A stretch of DNA of 64,000 nt from a bacterium (GTDB lineage Bacteria > Thermotogota > Thermotogae > Mesoaciditogales > Mesoaciditogaceae): NCBI GenBank assembly GCA_021800445.1, contig JAJYYZ010000006.1, positions 420 through 64,419 on the forward strand. The letters run 5' to 3'. Shown here one piece after another: positions 37,361 to 48,067 of the stretch (positions within the stretch are counted from its first letter, which is position 1; every line of letters begins with the position of its first letter). The notes under the pieces were generated by a model. It saw only the letters and a program-made list of their open reading frames with translations. It was not told the DNA's origin and did no database searches. The position numbers were made by a program, and so were the translations under genes.

Positions 37361-38884
37361 TCACTTTTTACTTTTTATGACTATCAATTCAAGGATTACA
37401 AATCCGATTGAAAGCCAAAGCATGAGGTTTCCAAACATATCGTAAAATGTTTTCACTTTGTTTGGATAAATATCGAATATCGACGCTATCTTTTGATGAA
37501 TCGGCAATTGATCGACTATCTGACCGTAAGGATTGATCGATCCCGTTATTCCCGTATCCGCAACTTGTATTATCCATTTTCTGTTTTCCACGGCTCTTAC
37601 AACGTCCTGAGAAAAGTGCTGTATAAGGGCAGTTTTTTGATCGAACCAACTGTCATCGGTTATCGTGACTATAAATTGTGCCCCTTCATTCGTGAATTTC
37701 CTTGAAAGCCATCCAAAGTAACTTTCAAAGCATATATCCGTTGAAAAATTTAAATCATCAAAATTAAAAACGGTGAATTTGTTTCCCGGAGTAAAAAACT
37801 CGCTGAGTTTTAAGAAACCAAAGATACCAAATATTTGAGGATATGGTAAGGTTTCGGTGAATGGAACGAGGATGTGCTTCGAATAAATTTCGTTAAGTCC
37901 ATTTTCATCAAAAAAACCTGCCGAATTGTAAATTTTACCATTCTTAGATGACGGATATCCTATAATGGCATGTACATTTTCGTTTTTCAGAAGTGTTTTT
38001 AAATTCGAATAAATGCTTGTTCCAGATATCTCGTATTCAAAAGTACCTTCCGGGAAAAAGATGATCTTCGTCTTTGTTGCAAGGGAAGTTATGCCCCATT
38101 TGACTTCTTTGAAGATCTGTTCTGAACTCATCGAATATCTTTGCGAAACGGAAAGATTTGGTTGTACAACTCCTATTGAGATTTTTCTACCTTGATCTGG
38201 CTTTATCATGTAAGGGTAAAAAGCCGAGAAAACATATGAAAATGCTATAACGATCAAAACCATGAGAAGACCTTTTAAATTCTTCTTCGATAGAAATCTG
38301 TAAATTAAGTAATTGGATAAAAAAATGAGAAATGTAAGTCCAAGACCTCCCACAAATGATACTATCTGTAAAGTACCTATTTCGTTGTAAAGTGCTTCTG
38401 AAAGCATAGAGCCTGTAAAGCCTGTCGCACCGTATCCTCTTAAAAATTCTAATATGATGTAAATTCCTGCCATTGAAAGCATATGGATAACCCATGGGAC
38501 ACGCTTCGATTTCTTTTGAAGTAAAACGTAAAAAAAGGCAAAAGCGCCAAAAAATAACCCTTCTATGATGGCAAACATCACAAATGCCAATACACCAAAT
38601 ATGGCGGGAAAATTATTGAAAAGCGCTATGTTTTTAACAAGAGTCGGCAAAATCCAGTACATCGACAGGCCCATATAAAGTATTCCGAAGTACCAGCCCA
38701 GCAAAAATGAAACGTGCAATTTAAAATCACGATCGTCTTTTAAGGCAAAAAACAGCGGAACAAGACCAAACCAGACGAAAACAGAAGAAACCATCCCCGG
38801 CATGGAGATGGCCGTTATGATAGACGCTAAAGAAGCAAAAATTAGTCTTTCTTTAAGTTCGATTCTTCGTACTCTTTCTTGCAA
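37361..38884 (-). CDS. lnt: Apolipoprotein N-acyltransferase
   Basis: FPEG / YSKHILVPF / ICFES catalytic E-K-C; start uncertain (TTG 38884; track start 38953). Confidence 0.92.
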   Translation of the reverse strand: MQERVRRIELKERLIFASLASIITAISMPGMVSSVFVWFGLVPLFFALKDDRDFKLHVSFLLGWYFGILYMGLSMYWILPTLVKNIALFNNFPAIFGVLAFVMFAIIEGLFFGAFAFFYVLLQKKSKRVPWVIHMLSMAGIYIILEFLRGYGATGFTGSMLSEALYNEIGTLQIVSFVGGLGLTFLIFLSNYLIYRFLSKKNLKGLLMVLIVIAFSYVFSAFYPYMIKPDQGRKISIGVVQPNLSVSQRYSMSSEQIFKEVKWGITSLATKTKIIFFPEGTFEYEISGTSIYSNLKTLLKNENVHAIIGYPSSKNGKIYNSAGFFDENGLNEIYSKHILVPFTETLPYPQIFGIFGFLKLSEFFTPGNKFTVFNFDDLNFSTDICFESYFGWLSRKFTNEGAQFIVTITDDSWFDQKTALIQHFSQDVVRAVENRKWIIQVADTGITGSINPYGQIVDQLPIHQKIASIFDIYPNKVKTFYDMFGNLMLWLSIGFVILELIVIKSKK

Positions 38885-41067
38885 GTTTGACAAAAGAGAA
38901 CCTCGGATCCTTTTTTCTTTTTGTAATATAGCACTTCTCCGTCTTTGGGGCATCTGTAATCCGAAGGCTCATACCAACTTATAAAATCACAAATGGTAGG
39001 ATTGTTTTCGCAAATGAAGAAAGTTTTCCCTTTCTTGCTTTTCCTCTCTACAACATTTCCACCGCACTTTGGACATTTGCCACGGGCATATTTTGGTATT
39101 GCCCTTGTGTAATCACATTCTGGATATCTGCTGCAAGATATGAATTCTCCGTATCTGCCCATCCTTTTAACAAGAGGAGCGCCACATTTGGGACATTTTT
39201 CATCCAAAATTTCTGGTTTAGCCATTTCTATATTGGCTTTTTGCCAGTCATAATCTATTTTTGATCCGGATGGTATGCTCATTTTGTGATCGCCGTTTTT
39301 TGATTCAAGATAAGGTCCGTACCTTCCGTATTTGAGATACATGTAAGTACCGTCCGGTGCTTTGACATTTGTTTCTATTGAAATAAATGAATCCTTCAGG
39401 TTTGCCTTCACGTTATTGAGATTCAATTCGAAGTCCGTGTTGAAATTCTTGAGTACTTTTTGCCAGTTCTCTTTCCCTTTTTCTATGAGATCGAGTTCCT
39501 CTTCCATAGTCGCCGTGAATTTAAGATCAACTATCTTTGTGAACTCTTTGGATAAAAATTCACTCACGATTATGCCAAGGAAAGTCGGGATAAGTGTTTT
39601 TTTATCTCGGACGACGTATTTTCTGTCAAGTAAAGTTTGTATTATAGTAGCATAAGTACTTGGCCTGCCTATTCCAGCCGTTTCAAGTTTTTTCACAAGT
39701 GTCGCTTCGGTATATCTTGGTGGAGGAGAAGTCATCTCTTCTTCAAGAGAAAGGTCTTCAACGTTGACATTCTGTCCTTTCTTGACCTCGGGAAAATTTT
39801 TTGTCTCTCCCTTTGTGTCATCCACACGTTCAAAACCATCGAAGATTCTTTTTCTAAATTCGACTGTGAAGATCGCACTATTTTGTTCGTCAGATACGGT
39901 AATCGTACTTTTCTTGTAAACAGAATCGGACATCTGAGAGGCCATAAATCTTTTCCATATCAACGAGTAAAGCGCCAAAAGATCTTTTGAAAGTTTACCC
40001 TTTAATTTTTCCGGAGTCATATCCGGATACGTTGGTCTTACGGCTTCGTGAGCATCTTGAGCATTTTCGGCGTTTTTGATGACTCTGTTTAAACCAATGA
40101 AATCTTTGCCGAAATGCTTTTCTATGTACTTTTTCGATTCTGCTTTGGCCAAATCAGATATTCTGTAAGAGTCTGTTCTCATGTACGTTATGAGAGCCGT
40201 CATTTCTCCGTCCAAATCAACGCCTTCGTAAAGTTCCTGGGCAAGTTTCATGGTTTTAGAAACCGTAAAACCCAGCACTGAAGAAGCGGTTTGTTGAAGT
40301 GTGCTTGTTTTAAAAGGAAGTGGTGCTTTTACCTTTACCTCTACATTTGCGACATCGATGACTTTAAATTTTGATTTTGAAATGTAATCAAAGGCTTTTT
40401 GGGCTTCATCTGCTTTTTTGAAAGGTTTTTTATCGAGATCCTCTCCATCAAAACTTTTTAGTTTTGTCTTCTCTCCAAAGATCTGTGCTTTAATCTCGTA
40501 ATACTGTTGTGGTTTGAATGTGCGCACTTTCTTTTCTTGATCGACGAGCATCCTTAAGGCTGCCGATTGTACCCTTCCCGCACTCAACTTACCCTTAAAA
40601 ACTCTCCAAAGGATGGGACTTACCTTGTATCCGACGATTCTATCGAGAATTCTTCTTGTCAATTGAGAATCGACCATCTTCAGATCCACATTTCTTGGGC
40701 TTTTAACGGATTCTTTTATGACTTTTTCAGTTATTTCGTTGAAGACTATTCTGTTTTCATCTTTTACGGAAAGTCCAAGGATCTCTGCAAGATGCCATGC
40801 TATGGATTCTCCTTCTCTGTCGTTATCCGTTGCAAGCAGTACTTCTTTATCTTTCGAAAGGGTTTTTAATTCCTTTACTATTTTTTCTTTTCCCTCAATT
40901 ATCTCAAATTCCGGTTCTATTTTACCGTTTATCTTAACACCGAATTTTGATTCCGGCAAATCTCTCACATGACCTTGAGAAGAAGAAACCTCGTAATCCC
41001 TTCCGAGGTATTTTTGAATCGTTTTGGCTTTTGCCGGAGATTCGACAATCACGAGTTTTTTTGTCAT
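38842..41067 (-). CDS. topA: DNA topoisomerase I
   Basis: IVESPAKAKTI, ATDNDREGE, LSAGRVQS, ITYMRTDS and GIGRPSTYA motifs; C-terminal Zn ribbons. Confidence 0.97.
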   Translation of the reverse strand: MTKKLVIVESPAKAKTIQKYLGRDYEVSSSQGHVRDLPESKFGVKINGKIEPEFEIIEGKEKIVKELKTLSKDKEVLLATDNDREGESIAWHLAEILGLSVKDENRIVFNEITEKVIKESVKSPRNVDLKMVDSQLTRRILDRIVGYKVSPILWRVFKGKLSAGRVQSAALRMLVDQEKKVRTFKPQQYYEIKAQIFGEKTKLKSFDGEDLDKKPFKKADEAQKAFDYISKSKFKVIDVANVEVKVKAPLPFKTSTLQQTASSVLGFTVSKTMKLAQELYEGVDLDGEMTALITYMRTDSYRISDLAKAESKKYIEKHFGKDFIGLNRVIKNAENAQDAHEAVRPTYPDMTPEKLKGKLSKDLLALYSLIWKRFMASQMSDSVYKKSTITVSDEQNSAIFTVEFRKRIFDGFERVDDTKGETKNFPEVKKGQNVNVEDLSLEEEMTSPPPRYTEATLVKKLETAGIGRPSTYATIIQTLLDRKYVVRDKKTLIPTFLGIIVSEFLSKEFTKIVDLKFTATMEEELDLIEKGKENWQKVLKNFNTDFELNLNNVKANLKDSFISIETNVKAPDGTYMYLKYGRYGPYLESKNGDHKMSIPSGSKIDYDWQKANIEMAKPEILDEKCPKCGAPLVKRMGRYGEFISCSRYPECDYTRAIPKYARGKCPKCGGNVVERKSKKGKTFFICENNPTICDFISWYEPSDYRCPKDGEVLYYKKKKGSEVLFCQTCKKEYEESNLKKD

Positions 41068-41097
41068 TTTTGAGTCTCCAACGGACAATTCTCTCTC

Positions 41098-42132
41098 TCA
41101 CTCTTCATTTTCCCAGTTGAGTTTAATTTTCCTTCCAAGATATCTATCGTAATCACTCCAATCATTTTCAGATTTTTTTTCTTTTAAAGCCATTATTTGG
41201 CCCATCTTCGAGTCAAGATCATCAGCGCTGTGAAGTATTATCGCTTCAGTTGTCTTCGGGATTGTCGGTGAACCGAGTTCAATCTCACCGTGATGAGAAA
41301 GAATAAGATGTTCAATGTGCTGAAGCGAATTTGAAGAAAGTCCCGGAATTTTTCTTGACCATTCACGGACCATCTCAACGCCAAGCACTATGTGACCTAT
41401 CAATTCGCCATCGGTCGTTCTCTCTATACCGTAGGGTTTTATCTCGTATTCTTTTATCTTTCCCAGATCGTGAAAAGCACCTCCCGCAACAAGAATGTCC
41501 ATATTCACATCATGATAAAGTTTTGCCATTTCGACACACAACTTCATAACGCCGAGCGTGTGTTCGAGAAGGCCACCCTTGTAGGCATGATGAACGATGA
41601 TTGCGGCAGGGGCAATGAGGAAAGATTCTACAAATTTTTCATCTTGAAACGGAAAATTCAAAAGTTCTCTGATCTCTTTATTCGATACATTTGAAAGCAT
41701 GTTCTGAAATTCGCCATACATGGTCGACACATCTTTTTTGGTAATCGACAGGAAAAGATTCGGATCGTACTCTCCTTCTTTCAAGATCATTATGGCATCC
41801 CTGTCTTTGTCTATTGCTATTTGAAGTTTATCCGAGTAAACACTTGCACGCCCTTTTATTCTTACAATGGAATTGATCTTTATCTTCGAATCATTTTCTC
41901 CGGCGTTGTACCAATCTATAGCCCTTAATTCACCCGTTTTATCTGCAAGAGTGAGTAGAAGGAATTTTTTCCCATCTTTTGATTCCTGCAATCTTTTGCT
42001 TATAACCTTGAGATCTATCTCAACGTTGTCATTTTCGATAACGTCGGCGACCATCTTACGGCCCATCGAATTTTTGTTTGAAAATCCAAGTTTTTCAAGA
42101 TATTCTTCGCTAAACAGGTCTCCTAATTTCAC
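41098..42132 (-). CDS. yhaM: 3'-5' exoribonuclease YhaM/Cbf1 family (OB-fold plus HD)
   Basis: APAA..VHHAY.GGLLEH, HDLGK, ILSHHG, LHSADDLD; GTG 42132 chosen as start. Confidence 0.88.
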   Translation of the reverse strand: MKLGDLFSEEYLEKLGFSNKNSMGRKMVADVIENDNVEIDLKVISKRLQESKDGKKFLLLTLADKTGELRAIDWYNAGENDSKIKINSIVRIKGRASVYSDKLQIAIDKDRDAIMILKEGEYDPNLFLSITKKDVSTMYGEFQNMLSNVSNKEIRELLNFPFQDEKFVESFLIAPAAIIVHHAYKGGLLEHTLGVMKLCVEMAKLYHDVNMDILVAGGAFHDLGKIKEYEIKPYGIERTTDGELIGHIVLGVEMVREWSRKIPGLSSNSLQHIEHLILSHHGEIELGSPTIPKTTEAIILHSADDLDSKMGQIMALKEKKSENDWSDYDRYLGRKIKLNWENEE

Positions 42133-42146
42133 AAATTCACCACTTT

Positions 42147-43238
42147 TCAAATGTAAATTCTTGGCACTCTTTTTGAAATTCCACAAACTATTTCGTAATT
42201 TATGGTTCCGACAAGTTCGGCAATCTCTTCAGATGTTATTTCATCTTTGCCACTCTTTCCAATTATAACAATATCATCTCCGATTTTAACATCTTCTATG
42301 TTTGAAACGTCAACTACAATTTGATCCATGCTTATTCTTCCAAGAATTTTTGCGCGTTTACCGTTTAAAAGTACGTGTCCTCTGTTCGAAAGCGATCTTG
42401 GAAGGCCATCCGCATATCCAAAAGGTACGGTTGCAACTTTCATCTTTTTATCAGCCGTAAAAGTATGTCCATACCCTATCGTTCTGCCTTGATCTATCGA
42501 TTTCATGAAAGCCACAGTTGAATGAACGCTCATAACAGGTTTCAGGTAATCGATTTTTACCCTTCCGGAAGGTTGAAGTCCGTACGCCGCTATACCGATT
42601 CTCGAAAAATTTCCAATCTTTATGTCAAGGCACGTTGCCGCCGCACTGTTTGAGATGTGAACATATTTTGGTTTCCTAATCTTTTTGATGAATTCGTTGA
42701 ATTCATCAACCTGATGCGCGTTTAACAGATCCGAAGGATCATCGGCGGCGGAAAAGTGTGTGTAAATTCCTTCAAAAATGAATCTTTTGTCTTTTTGTAT
42801 ATCATCGTAAAGTTCAAAGGCCTCATTTGTCGTTAGACCGAGCCTTCCCATGCCAGTATCTACTTTCAGATGTACCTTAAGTCTGTCATTTTCATCGAGA
42901 TAAGCAGAGATTGCATCTTTTTGATCCTTAGAAAATATCGTAACGCTTAGATCATTAAAAAGCGCCGTTTTTGCGTATTTTGGATTGAAATAATTAAGTA
43001 CGAGTATCGGAAGCAGCACACCACTTTCACGTATTTCTATGGCCTCTTCCAAAAAAGCAACTATCAGAAAACCTATTCCATTTTGTTCGCAAACTTGTGC
43101 GAGTTTCACGGCGCCATGACCATAGGCATCGGCCTTTAAAACAGGTGCAACATGTATGCCGGATCTTTTTGATATCTCAAAAATATTGCGGAGGAAAATG
43201 CCCGTATTTACCTCCGCATAAGTATCTCTGCTTTTCAT
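42147..43238 (-). CDS. alr: Alanine racemase
   Basis: VLKADAYGHG, KVDTGMGRLG, GYADG, GRISMDQ and TINYEI motifs. Confidence 0.96.
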   Translation of the reverse strand: MKSRDTYAEVNTGIFLRNIFEISKRSGIHVAPVLKADAYGHGAVKLAQVCEQNGIGFLIVAFLEEAIEIRESGVLLPILVLNYFNPKYAKTALFNDLSVTIFSKDQKDAISAYLDENDRLKVHLKVDTGMGRLGLTTNEAFELYDDIQKDKRFIFEGIYTHFSAADDPSDLLNAHQVDEFNEFIKKIRKPKYVHISNSAAATCLDIKIGNFSRIGIAAYGLQPSGRVKIDYLKPVMSVHSTVAFMKSIDQGRTIGYGHTFTADKKMKVATVPFGYADGLPRSLSNRGHVLLNGKRAKILGRISMDQIVVDVSNIEDVKIGDDIVIIGKSGKDEITSEEIAELVGTINYEIVCGISKRVPRIYI

Positions 43239-43258
43239 GTTTTAGATTACATAAAAGG

Positions 43259-43450
43259 TCAAACACGCTGAACTTTTCCGGCTTTCAAACACCGCGTGCA
43301 GACCATTAAACGTTTCACCCTTCCATCTTTGTCCTTAACGCTAACGGGTTGAAGATTAGGTTTAAATGTTCTCAGCGTTTTTCTGTGAGAATGGCTTATT
43401 CTGTGACCTGTTTCAATACCTTTACCGCAAACATCGCACTTCCTTGACAT
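43259..43450 (-). CDS. rpmB: 50S ribosomal protein L28
   Basis: CDVCGK...SHSHRKT.R.FKPNLQ...[11 protein letters not shown]. Confidence 0.96.
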   Translation of the reverse strand: MSRKCDVCGKGIETGHRISHSHRKTLRTFKPNLQPVSVKDKDGRVKRLMVCTRCLKAGKVQRV

Positions 43451-43531
43451 CTCTTGTACCCCTTTCTGTTGGTAAACAATCTAAAATTAATTATAACATA
43501 TACCAAATAATTTTAAAAAGTGGAAATTAAA

Positions 43532-43551
43532 AGGCGGGTTTTATCCCGCCT
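43532..43551 (-). terminator. Terminator after the ferredoxin gene
   Basis: AGGCGGG-TTTTAT-CCCGCCT with a U tract on the minus strand. Confidence 0.7.
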
Positions 43552-43566
43552 CATGTATTTAAAAAT

Positions 43567-43779
<213 letters not shown>

Positions 43780-43793
43780 TTATACCATCTTTT

Positions 43794-44957
43794 TTAACTA
43801 TCGGCAACATTGGTTTCATGAGTTGATCTAACGGTGACTTCGTCCAAGAAAAGCGCGTAAGGCCCCTCGATTCCGTTGAAGTGTGTCTTGTAATCAAGTG
43901 TGTACGCGCCGGCGTTGACGAAATAAACTATATCCCCAAGTGTTACATCTTCTGGCAGTTCAACCTCATCGTAAACAACGTCTATGCTATCACAGGTAGG
44001 TCCTGCAAGGGTGAAAGTTTTCTTTGGATGATCATCTTTCCCATCGACAACGACCGTATATCTGAGATTTTCTATCGTTTCCATCAAACCATGGTAAACA
44101 CCGGCGTCTATGTAAACCCAGTCTTTTTTCTCTTTTGAAGATCTTAAAAGTACTCTTGAAACCAAAATTCCGGCGTTACCAACCATGGATCTTCCCGGCT
44201 CTATGAAAAGTGTAGGTCTTTCCGTGAAATTAAAATATTCATCTATGCTTTCATTTATAACATTCGCTATTTCGGCAACGGTTGGAATATCTCTCACGTA
44301 TTTCACCGGAATGCCACCGCCAAGATTTATAGTCGTCATCTTTATGCCTTCAAGTTTTGCAAACCAGAATATATCCGCAACCTGCATCAAAGCATCTTTC
44401 CAACTGTATTTGTCGTAGCACTGTGAACCGACATGGAAAGAAACGCCTATCGGTGCAAGACCAAGATCATTTGCGTAAACGACGAGTTTTTTGACATGAT
44501 CGATGTTAGTGCCGAATTTTCTCGAAAGTGGCCAATCGCTGTCTGAACCGTTCATCGCAAGTCTGAGATAAACTTGGGCGCCAGGTGCATTTCGTGCGAT
44601 CTTTTCAAGTTCCATTTCCGCGTCGGCGGCAAAATAGTTTATTCCCTTGTTAAAGGCGAAGCGAATGTCCTCTTCCTTCTTTATCGTGTTTCCAAAACTC
44701 AACCGTGAACCCGGGATTCCCATGTTAAGAAGCATTTCTATCTCTCCACGGGAAGCAACATCAAAAGAAGAACCTAAATCGTAAAGCCTTTTGATTATTT
44801 TCGGATGAGAATTGGCTTTAACGGCATAAAACACCCTTACGCCACTTATGTCTTTAATCAACTGATCGTAATTATCCTCGACTATATCGAGATCCATCAC
44901 CACAAAAGGACTTTCATTGGAACGTGCGATATCTCGCACACGCTCTGAAATGTCCAT
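43794..44957 (-). CDS. Fold-type III PLP ornithine/lysine decarboxylase
   Basis: FYAVKAN, SFHVGSQ, NLGGG, EPGR and GPTCDS motifs; ATG 44957 after GAGGTG. Confidence 0.92.
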   Translation of the reverse strand: MDISERVRDIARSNESPFVVMDLDIVEDNYDQLIKDISGVRVFYAVKANSHPKIIKRLYDLGSSFDVASRGEIEMLLNMGIPGSRLSFGNTIKKEEDIRFAFNKGINYFAADAEMELEKIARNAPGAQVYLRLAMNGSDSDWPLSRKFGTNIDHVKKLVVYANDLGLAPIGVSFHVGSQCYDKYSWKDALMQVADIFWFAKLEGIKMTTINLGGGIPVKYVRDIPTVAEIANVINESIDEYFNFTERPTLFIEPGRSMVGNAGILVSRVLLRSSKEKKDWVYIDAGVYHGLMETIENLRYTVVVDGKDDHPKKTFTLAGPTCDSIDVVYDEVELPEDVTLGDIVYFVNAGAYTLDYKTHFNGIEGPYALFLDEVTVRSTHETNVADS

Positions 44958-45127
44958 ATCACCCCACCTCTTTCGTTTGAAGATATCGAATAATGATAGA
45001 ACCAAATATGTTATGAATATAAGTACTGAAAAGTTAAGATTTTCTTTTATACAAAGCAGGATATAATTTGCTACTTGACAAAACACCTTGTGTTAATGTA
45101 AGATATTTCCGTCGAACATATGAAATT

Positions 45128-45203
45128 GCCCTCATCGTCTAGAGGCCTAGGACATCGGCCTTTCACGCCGGCAGCTGGGGTCCGAATCCCCATGAGGGCG
45201 CCA
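45128..45203 (+). tRNA. tRNA-Glu(TTC)
   Basis: Cloverleaf with acceptor GCCCTCA/TGAGGGC and encoded CCA; atypical T-loop TCCGAAT. Confidence 0.93.
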
Positions 45204-45211
45204 AGTATTTT

Positions 45212-45286
45212 GGGAATGTAGCTCAGTGGGGGAGCGCTTGCCTTACAAGCAAGAGGTCGCAGGTTCAATCCCTGCCATTCCCACCA
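45212..45286 (+). tRNA. tRNA-Val(TAC)
   Basis: GGGAATG/CATTCCC acceptor stem; encoded CCA. Confidence 0.96.
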
Positions 45287-45292
45287 CAGTGT

Positions 45293-45370
45293 GGGGACGT
45301 GGTGCAGCCTGGTTAGCATGCCGGTCTGTCACACCGGTGGTCGCGAGTTCGAGCCTCGTCGTCCCCGCCA
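45293..45370 (+). tRNA. tRNA-Asp(GTC)
   Basis: GGGGACG/CGTCCCC acceptor stem; encoded CCA. Confidence 0.96.
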
Positions 45371-45372
45371 TT

Positions 45373-45445
45373 GCCAAGATAGCTCAGGTGGTAGAGCAGT
45401 GGACTGAAAATCCTCGTGTCCCTGGTTCGACTCCAGGTCTTGGCA
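45373..45445 (+). tRNA. tRNA-Phe(GAA)
   Basis: GCCAAGA/TCTTGGC acceptor stem; no encoded CCA. Confidence 0.95.
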
Positions 45446-45456
45446 GATCAAAAAAC

Positions 45457-45481
45457 AGGGGACTCTTGTGGAGTCCCCTTT
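45457..45481 (+). terminator. Terminator of the tRNA cluster
   Basis: AGGGGACTC-TTGTG-GAGTCCCCT-TT. Confidence 0.75.
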
Positions 45482-45510
45482 ATAATATGTTATAATTAAC
45501 CAAAGAGAGG

Positions 45511-46719
45511 TTGATCATTTTGGCTTTATACGTTTATAAGGTCATAACGCCAGCGGGCAAAACTGTTATGGGTCATCTTGAGGCCGAAAGCGAGGTAGGA
45601 CTTGTAAGCAAACTTCTGCAGCAAGGGTACGTTGTGCTTGGTGTGAAACCTGCAAAAGAAAAGAAAAGACGTATTTCTTTGCGTGCTAAACTTCCAGATC
45701 TTGTGCTTTTTACCCGTCAACTTGCCACGATGATGGATGCCGGGGTAAGAATAAAAGACGCGATTACCTTACTTTCAAAGCAAAATGCTTTTACCCAATC
45801 GTTTAGAAAAATCCTTATCAGTATATTAGTCTCCATAGATGGAGGAATGTCTTTGTCTGAGGCGATAGATGAAACTGGAGCGTTTGATCCTATTTTTGTC
45901 AACCTCGTTAGGGCCGGAGAAAGCGGCGGTGTCCTCGATAACACGCTTAACAAAGTCTCGGATTTTTACGAGCACGTCAAAAAAACCAGAGATGAGGTCA
46001 GATCCGCAATGGCTTATCCGCTTTTCGTTTCTCTTTTTGCAGTTGTCATTCTCATGATCATAAGCCTTTTCATATTACCCAGTTTGTTCAGAGCCTTTGG
46101 AAATGCCAAAGTTGGTGGCATTGTCGCGTTGCTTATGAACACGAACAATTTTCTCGCAGACAATTGGTTTTACGCTGTTGTTTTCATTGTTATAGTTTTG
46201 ATCTTCTTTGTCTATTTTTTCAGAACTGCTTATGGTGCGGCTACAAAAGAATTTGTTGGAAATTTAATTCCACCTATAAAAAGTTTGAAACACCTTCAAG
46301 ATTCATCTAATTTCAGCAAAACTTTGGCAACTCTCATTTCAAGTGGTGTTTCCATAATAGAAGCCGTCGATATGGCTGCGCGATCAACTGGAAGCCGTAG
46401 ACTTATAAGAAAAGTGCCTATAATGACCGACATTTTGAAAAATGGCGGGACTCTCAAATCGGCAATGGAAAAAATTAAATTTTTCCCACAATTGTTGGTT
46501 GAGATGGTTGGTACGGGTGAAGAATCCGGAAGGGTAGATGACATGCTTTCAAAAGTTGCCGATTTTTACGATCAGGAATCTTCCGTCAAATTAAAACAAC
46601 TTGTTTCTATGATAGAGCCGGCAATGATAGCCATAATAGGACTTTTTGTCGGCATACTTGTTTTCAGTCTTTATCAGACTATGTTTAACCTCGAGCAAGG
46701 TGTCGGTCAACATTTCTGA
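45511..46719 (+). CDS. pilC: Type IV pilus/T2SS inner-membrane platform protein PilC/GspF
   Basis: FTRQLATM.DAG, AGESGG.LD, AMAYP, GEESG.VD.ML and IEPAMI motifs. Confidence 0.95.
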   Translation: MIILALYVYKVITPAGKTVMGHLEAESEVGLVSKLLQQGYVVLGVKPAKEKKRRISLRAKLPDLVLFTRQLATMMDAGVRIKDAITLLSKQNAFTQSFRKILISILVSIDGGMSLSEAIDETGAFDPIFVNLVRAGESGGVLDNTLNKVSDFYEHVKKTRDEVRSAMAYPLFVSLFAVVILMIISLFILPSLFRAFGNAKVGGIVALLMNTNNFLADNWFYAVVFIVIVLIFFVYFFRTAYGAATKEFVGNLIPPIKSLKHLQDSSNFSKTLATLISSGVSIIEAVDMAARSTGSRRLIRKVPIMTDILKNGGTLKSAMEKIKFFPQLLVEMVGTGEESGRVDDMLSKVADFYDQESSVKLKQLVSMIEPAMIAIIGLFVGILVFSLYQTMFNLEQGVGQHF

Positions 46720-47126
46720 TGAAAAATGGATGGAGTTTTGTTGAACTTTTAGTTTTGATGATTTTTTTATCAATTCTCTTTTCAATTATCTTTCCTGTTT
46801 CAAAAAAATGGATTGATGGGATGATTGTTCATTCGGAAATACAAAAAATCGTCTCTTTTATCAGATACACCAAATATCTTTCTTATAGTTTAGAAGATAA
46901 GGTTAAAATCGACTTTTCAAAAAACATAAAGATCATAACTTCGGATGGATCAAAAGAGAAGGGGTATTTGTCTTTTGTGAATGTCAATGGATGTCAAAGT
47001 TTTGCTTTTTCAAAAGGAGTTTCATACATATCCGGTACGATGAAAGTTTATTTCAGAGGATCGAGAATTGCGACGATCACCGTTATGCCTGTTACCGGCC
47101 TTATCAAAGTTGAAGAAAGATGGTAA
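46719..47126 (+). CDS. Prepilin-type (FimT/ComGD-like) minor pilin
   Basis: MKNG|WSFVELL class III signal peptide with Glu5 and a hydrophobic helix. Confidence 0.75.
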   Translation: MKNGWSFVELLVLMIFLSILFSIIFPVSKKWIDGMIVHSEIQKIVSFIRYTKYLSYSLEDKVKIDFSKNIKIITSDGSKEKGYLSFVNVNGCQSFAFSKGVSYISGTMKVYFRGSRIATITVMPVTGLIKVEERW

Positions 47127-48067
47127 AGATGAATTTGGGAATTTTTTCAACTTTTTACGTTGGAATAGATATTGGAAGATACAAAATTGAAGGCGTTAAG
47201 ATCAAAAAAAGCGGAAAAAATGTACAACTCATAAATCAAGTGTCGGTGCCGTATTCGACAAAAGTTTTTGATGGCGATGAAATAGTCGATGAAAATGAGA
47301 TCATCTTATCGCTTGGAAAGGTTGGGAAAACGCTTAAAGTTGATGTGGAAGATTTCATAGTAACTTCTATTTTCAACGATAAAGTACTTTTCAGACAGAT
47401 GAAAATGCCAAAGATGACCAAAAAAAATCAGATAATAGATGCGGCCAAGTTTCAGATAGTAAAGGAACTTTCAATATCTTCTGCAAATATAACCGTAGAT
47501 GTCGATGTTTTAGAAGAAACCGATAATTTAAGCGTTTCTGCTTTCATAGTAAGAAATGAAGACATTGAAAAATTTAAGAATTTCTTCTTTAAAGCCGGTC
47601 TTCCGATGCTGGATATTTTGGATGCCGGGTATTTCAGATTCAATTATCTTGTCGAGAATAAGCTGGGACCCGGGATTTCCGTTCTTGCCTTTGAAGATAA
47701 CGCTTCCACTTACATACAACTTTTTAAAGACGGAAAGTTCATCGCAATTGATAGCATACCCATAGGTACTGCCGAATTCGAAGAAAATAATCCAGCGGCT
47801 GAAAATATTCATTATCTTCAACTTTCCGATGAAGTTCAACGTCTTGTAAGGATGTTGATCTCGAGAAAATCTTTGCAGGTACCTGTGAATAACGTTATAT
47901 GTGTATCCGAAAAAATGGAGTATGTCGATGAATGGGTTAAAAATTTGAAAGAAGCAGACATCGGAAATGTAAGTAGTTACTGTGATTTTGCCGGTTTAAA
48001 AAAAGATGTGCCGGCAGGCGCTTACAGTTTGGCCATGAGAGGAGCAATCCAAAATGCCAAGAGTTAA
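47120..48067 (+). CDS. pilM: PilM-like actin-fold protein
   Basis: VGIDIG..KI; position in the operon. Confidence 0.8.
   Translation: MVKMNLGIFSTFYVGIDIGRYKIEGVKIKKSGKNVQLINQVSVPYSTKVFDGDEIVDENEIILSLGKVGKTLKVDVEDFIVTSIFNDKVLFRQMKMPKMTKKNQIIDAAKFQIVKELSISSANITVDVDVLEETDNLSVSAFIVRNEDIEKFKNFFFKAGLPMLDILDAGYFRFNYLVENKLGPGISVLAFEDNASTYIQLFKDGKFIAIDSIPIGTAEFEENNPAAENIHYLQLSDEVQRLVRMLISRKSLQVPVNNVICVSEKMEYVDEWVKNLKEADIGNVSSYCDFAGLKKDVPAGAYSLAMRGAIQNAKS

Noticed and set aside
44958-45120. speFL-like leader peptide before the ornithine decarboxylase
   Set aside because: No RBS-led uORF or hairpin found upstream.
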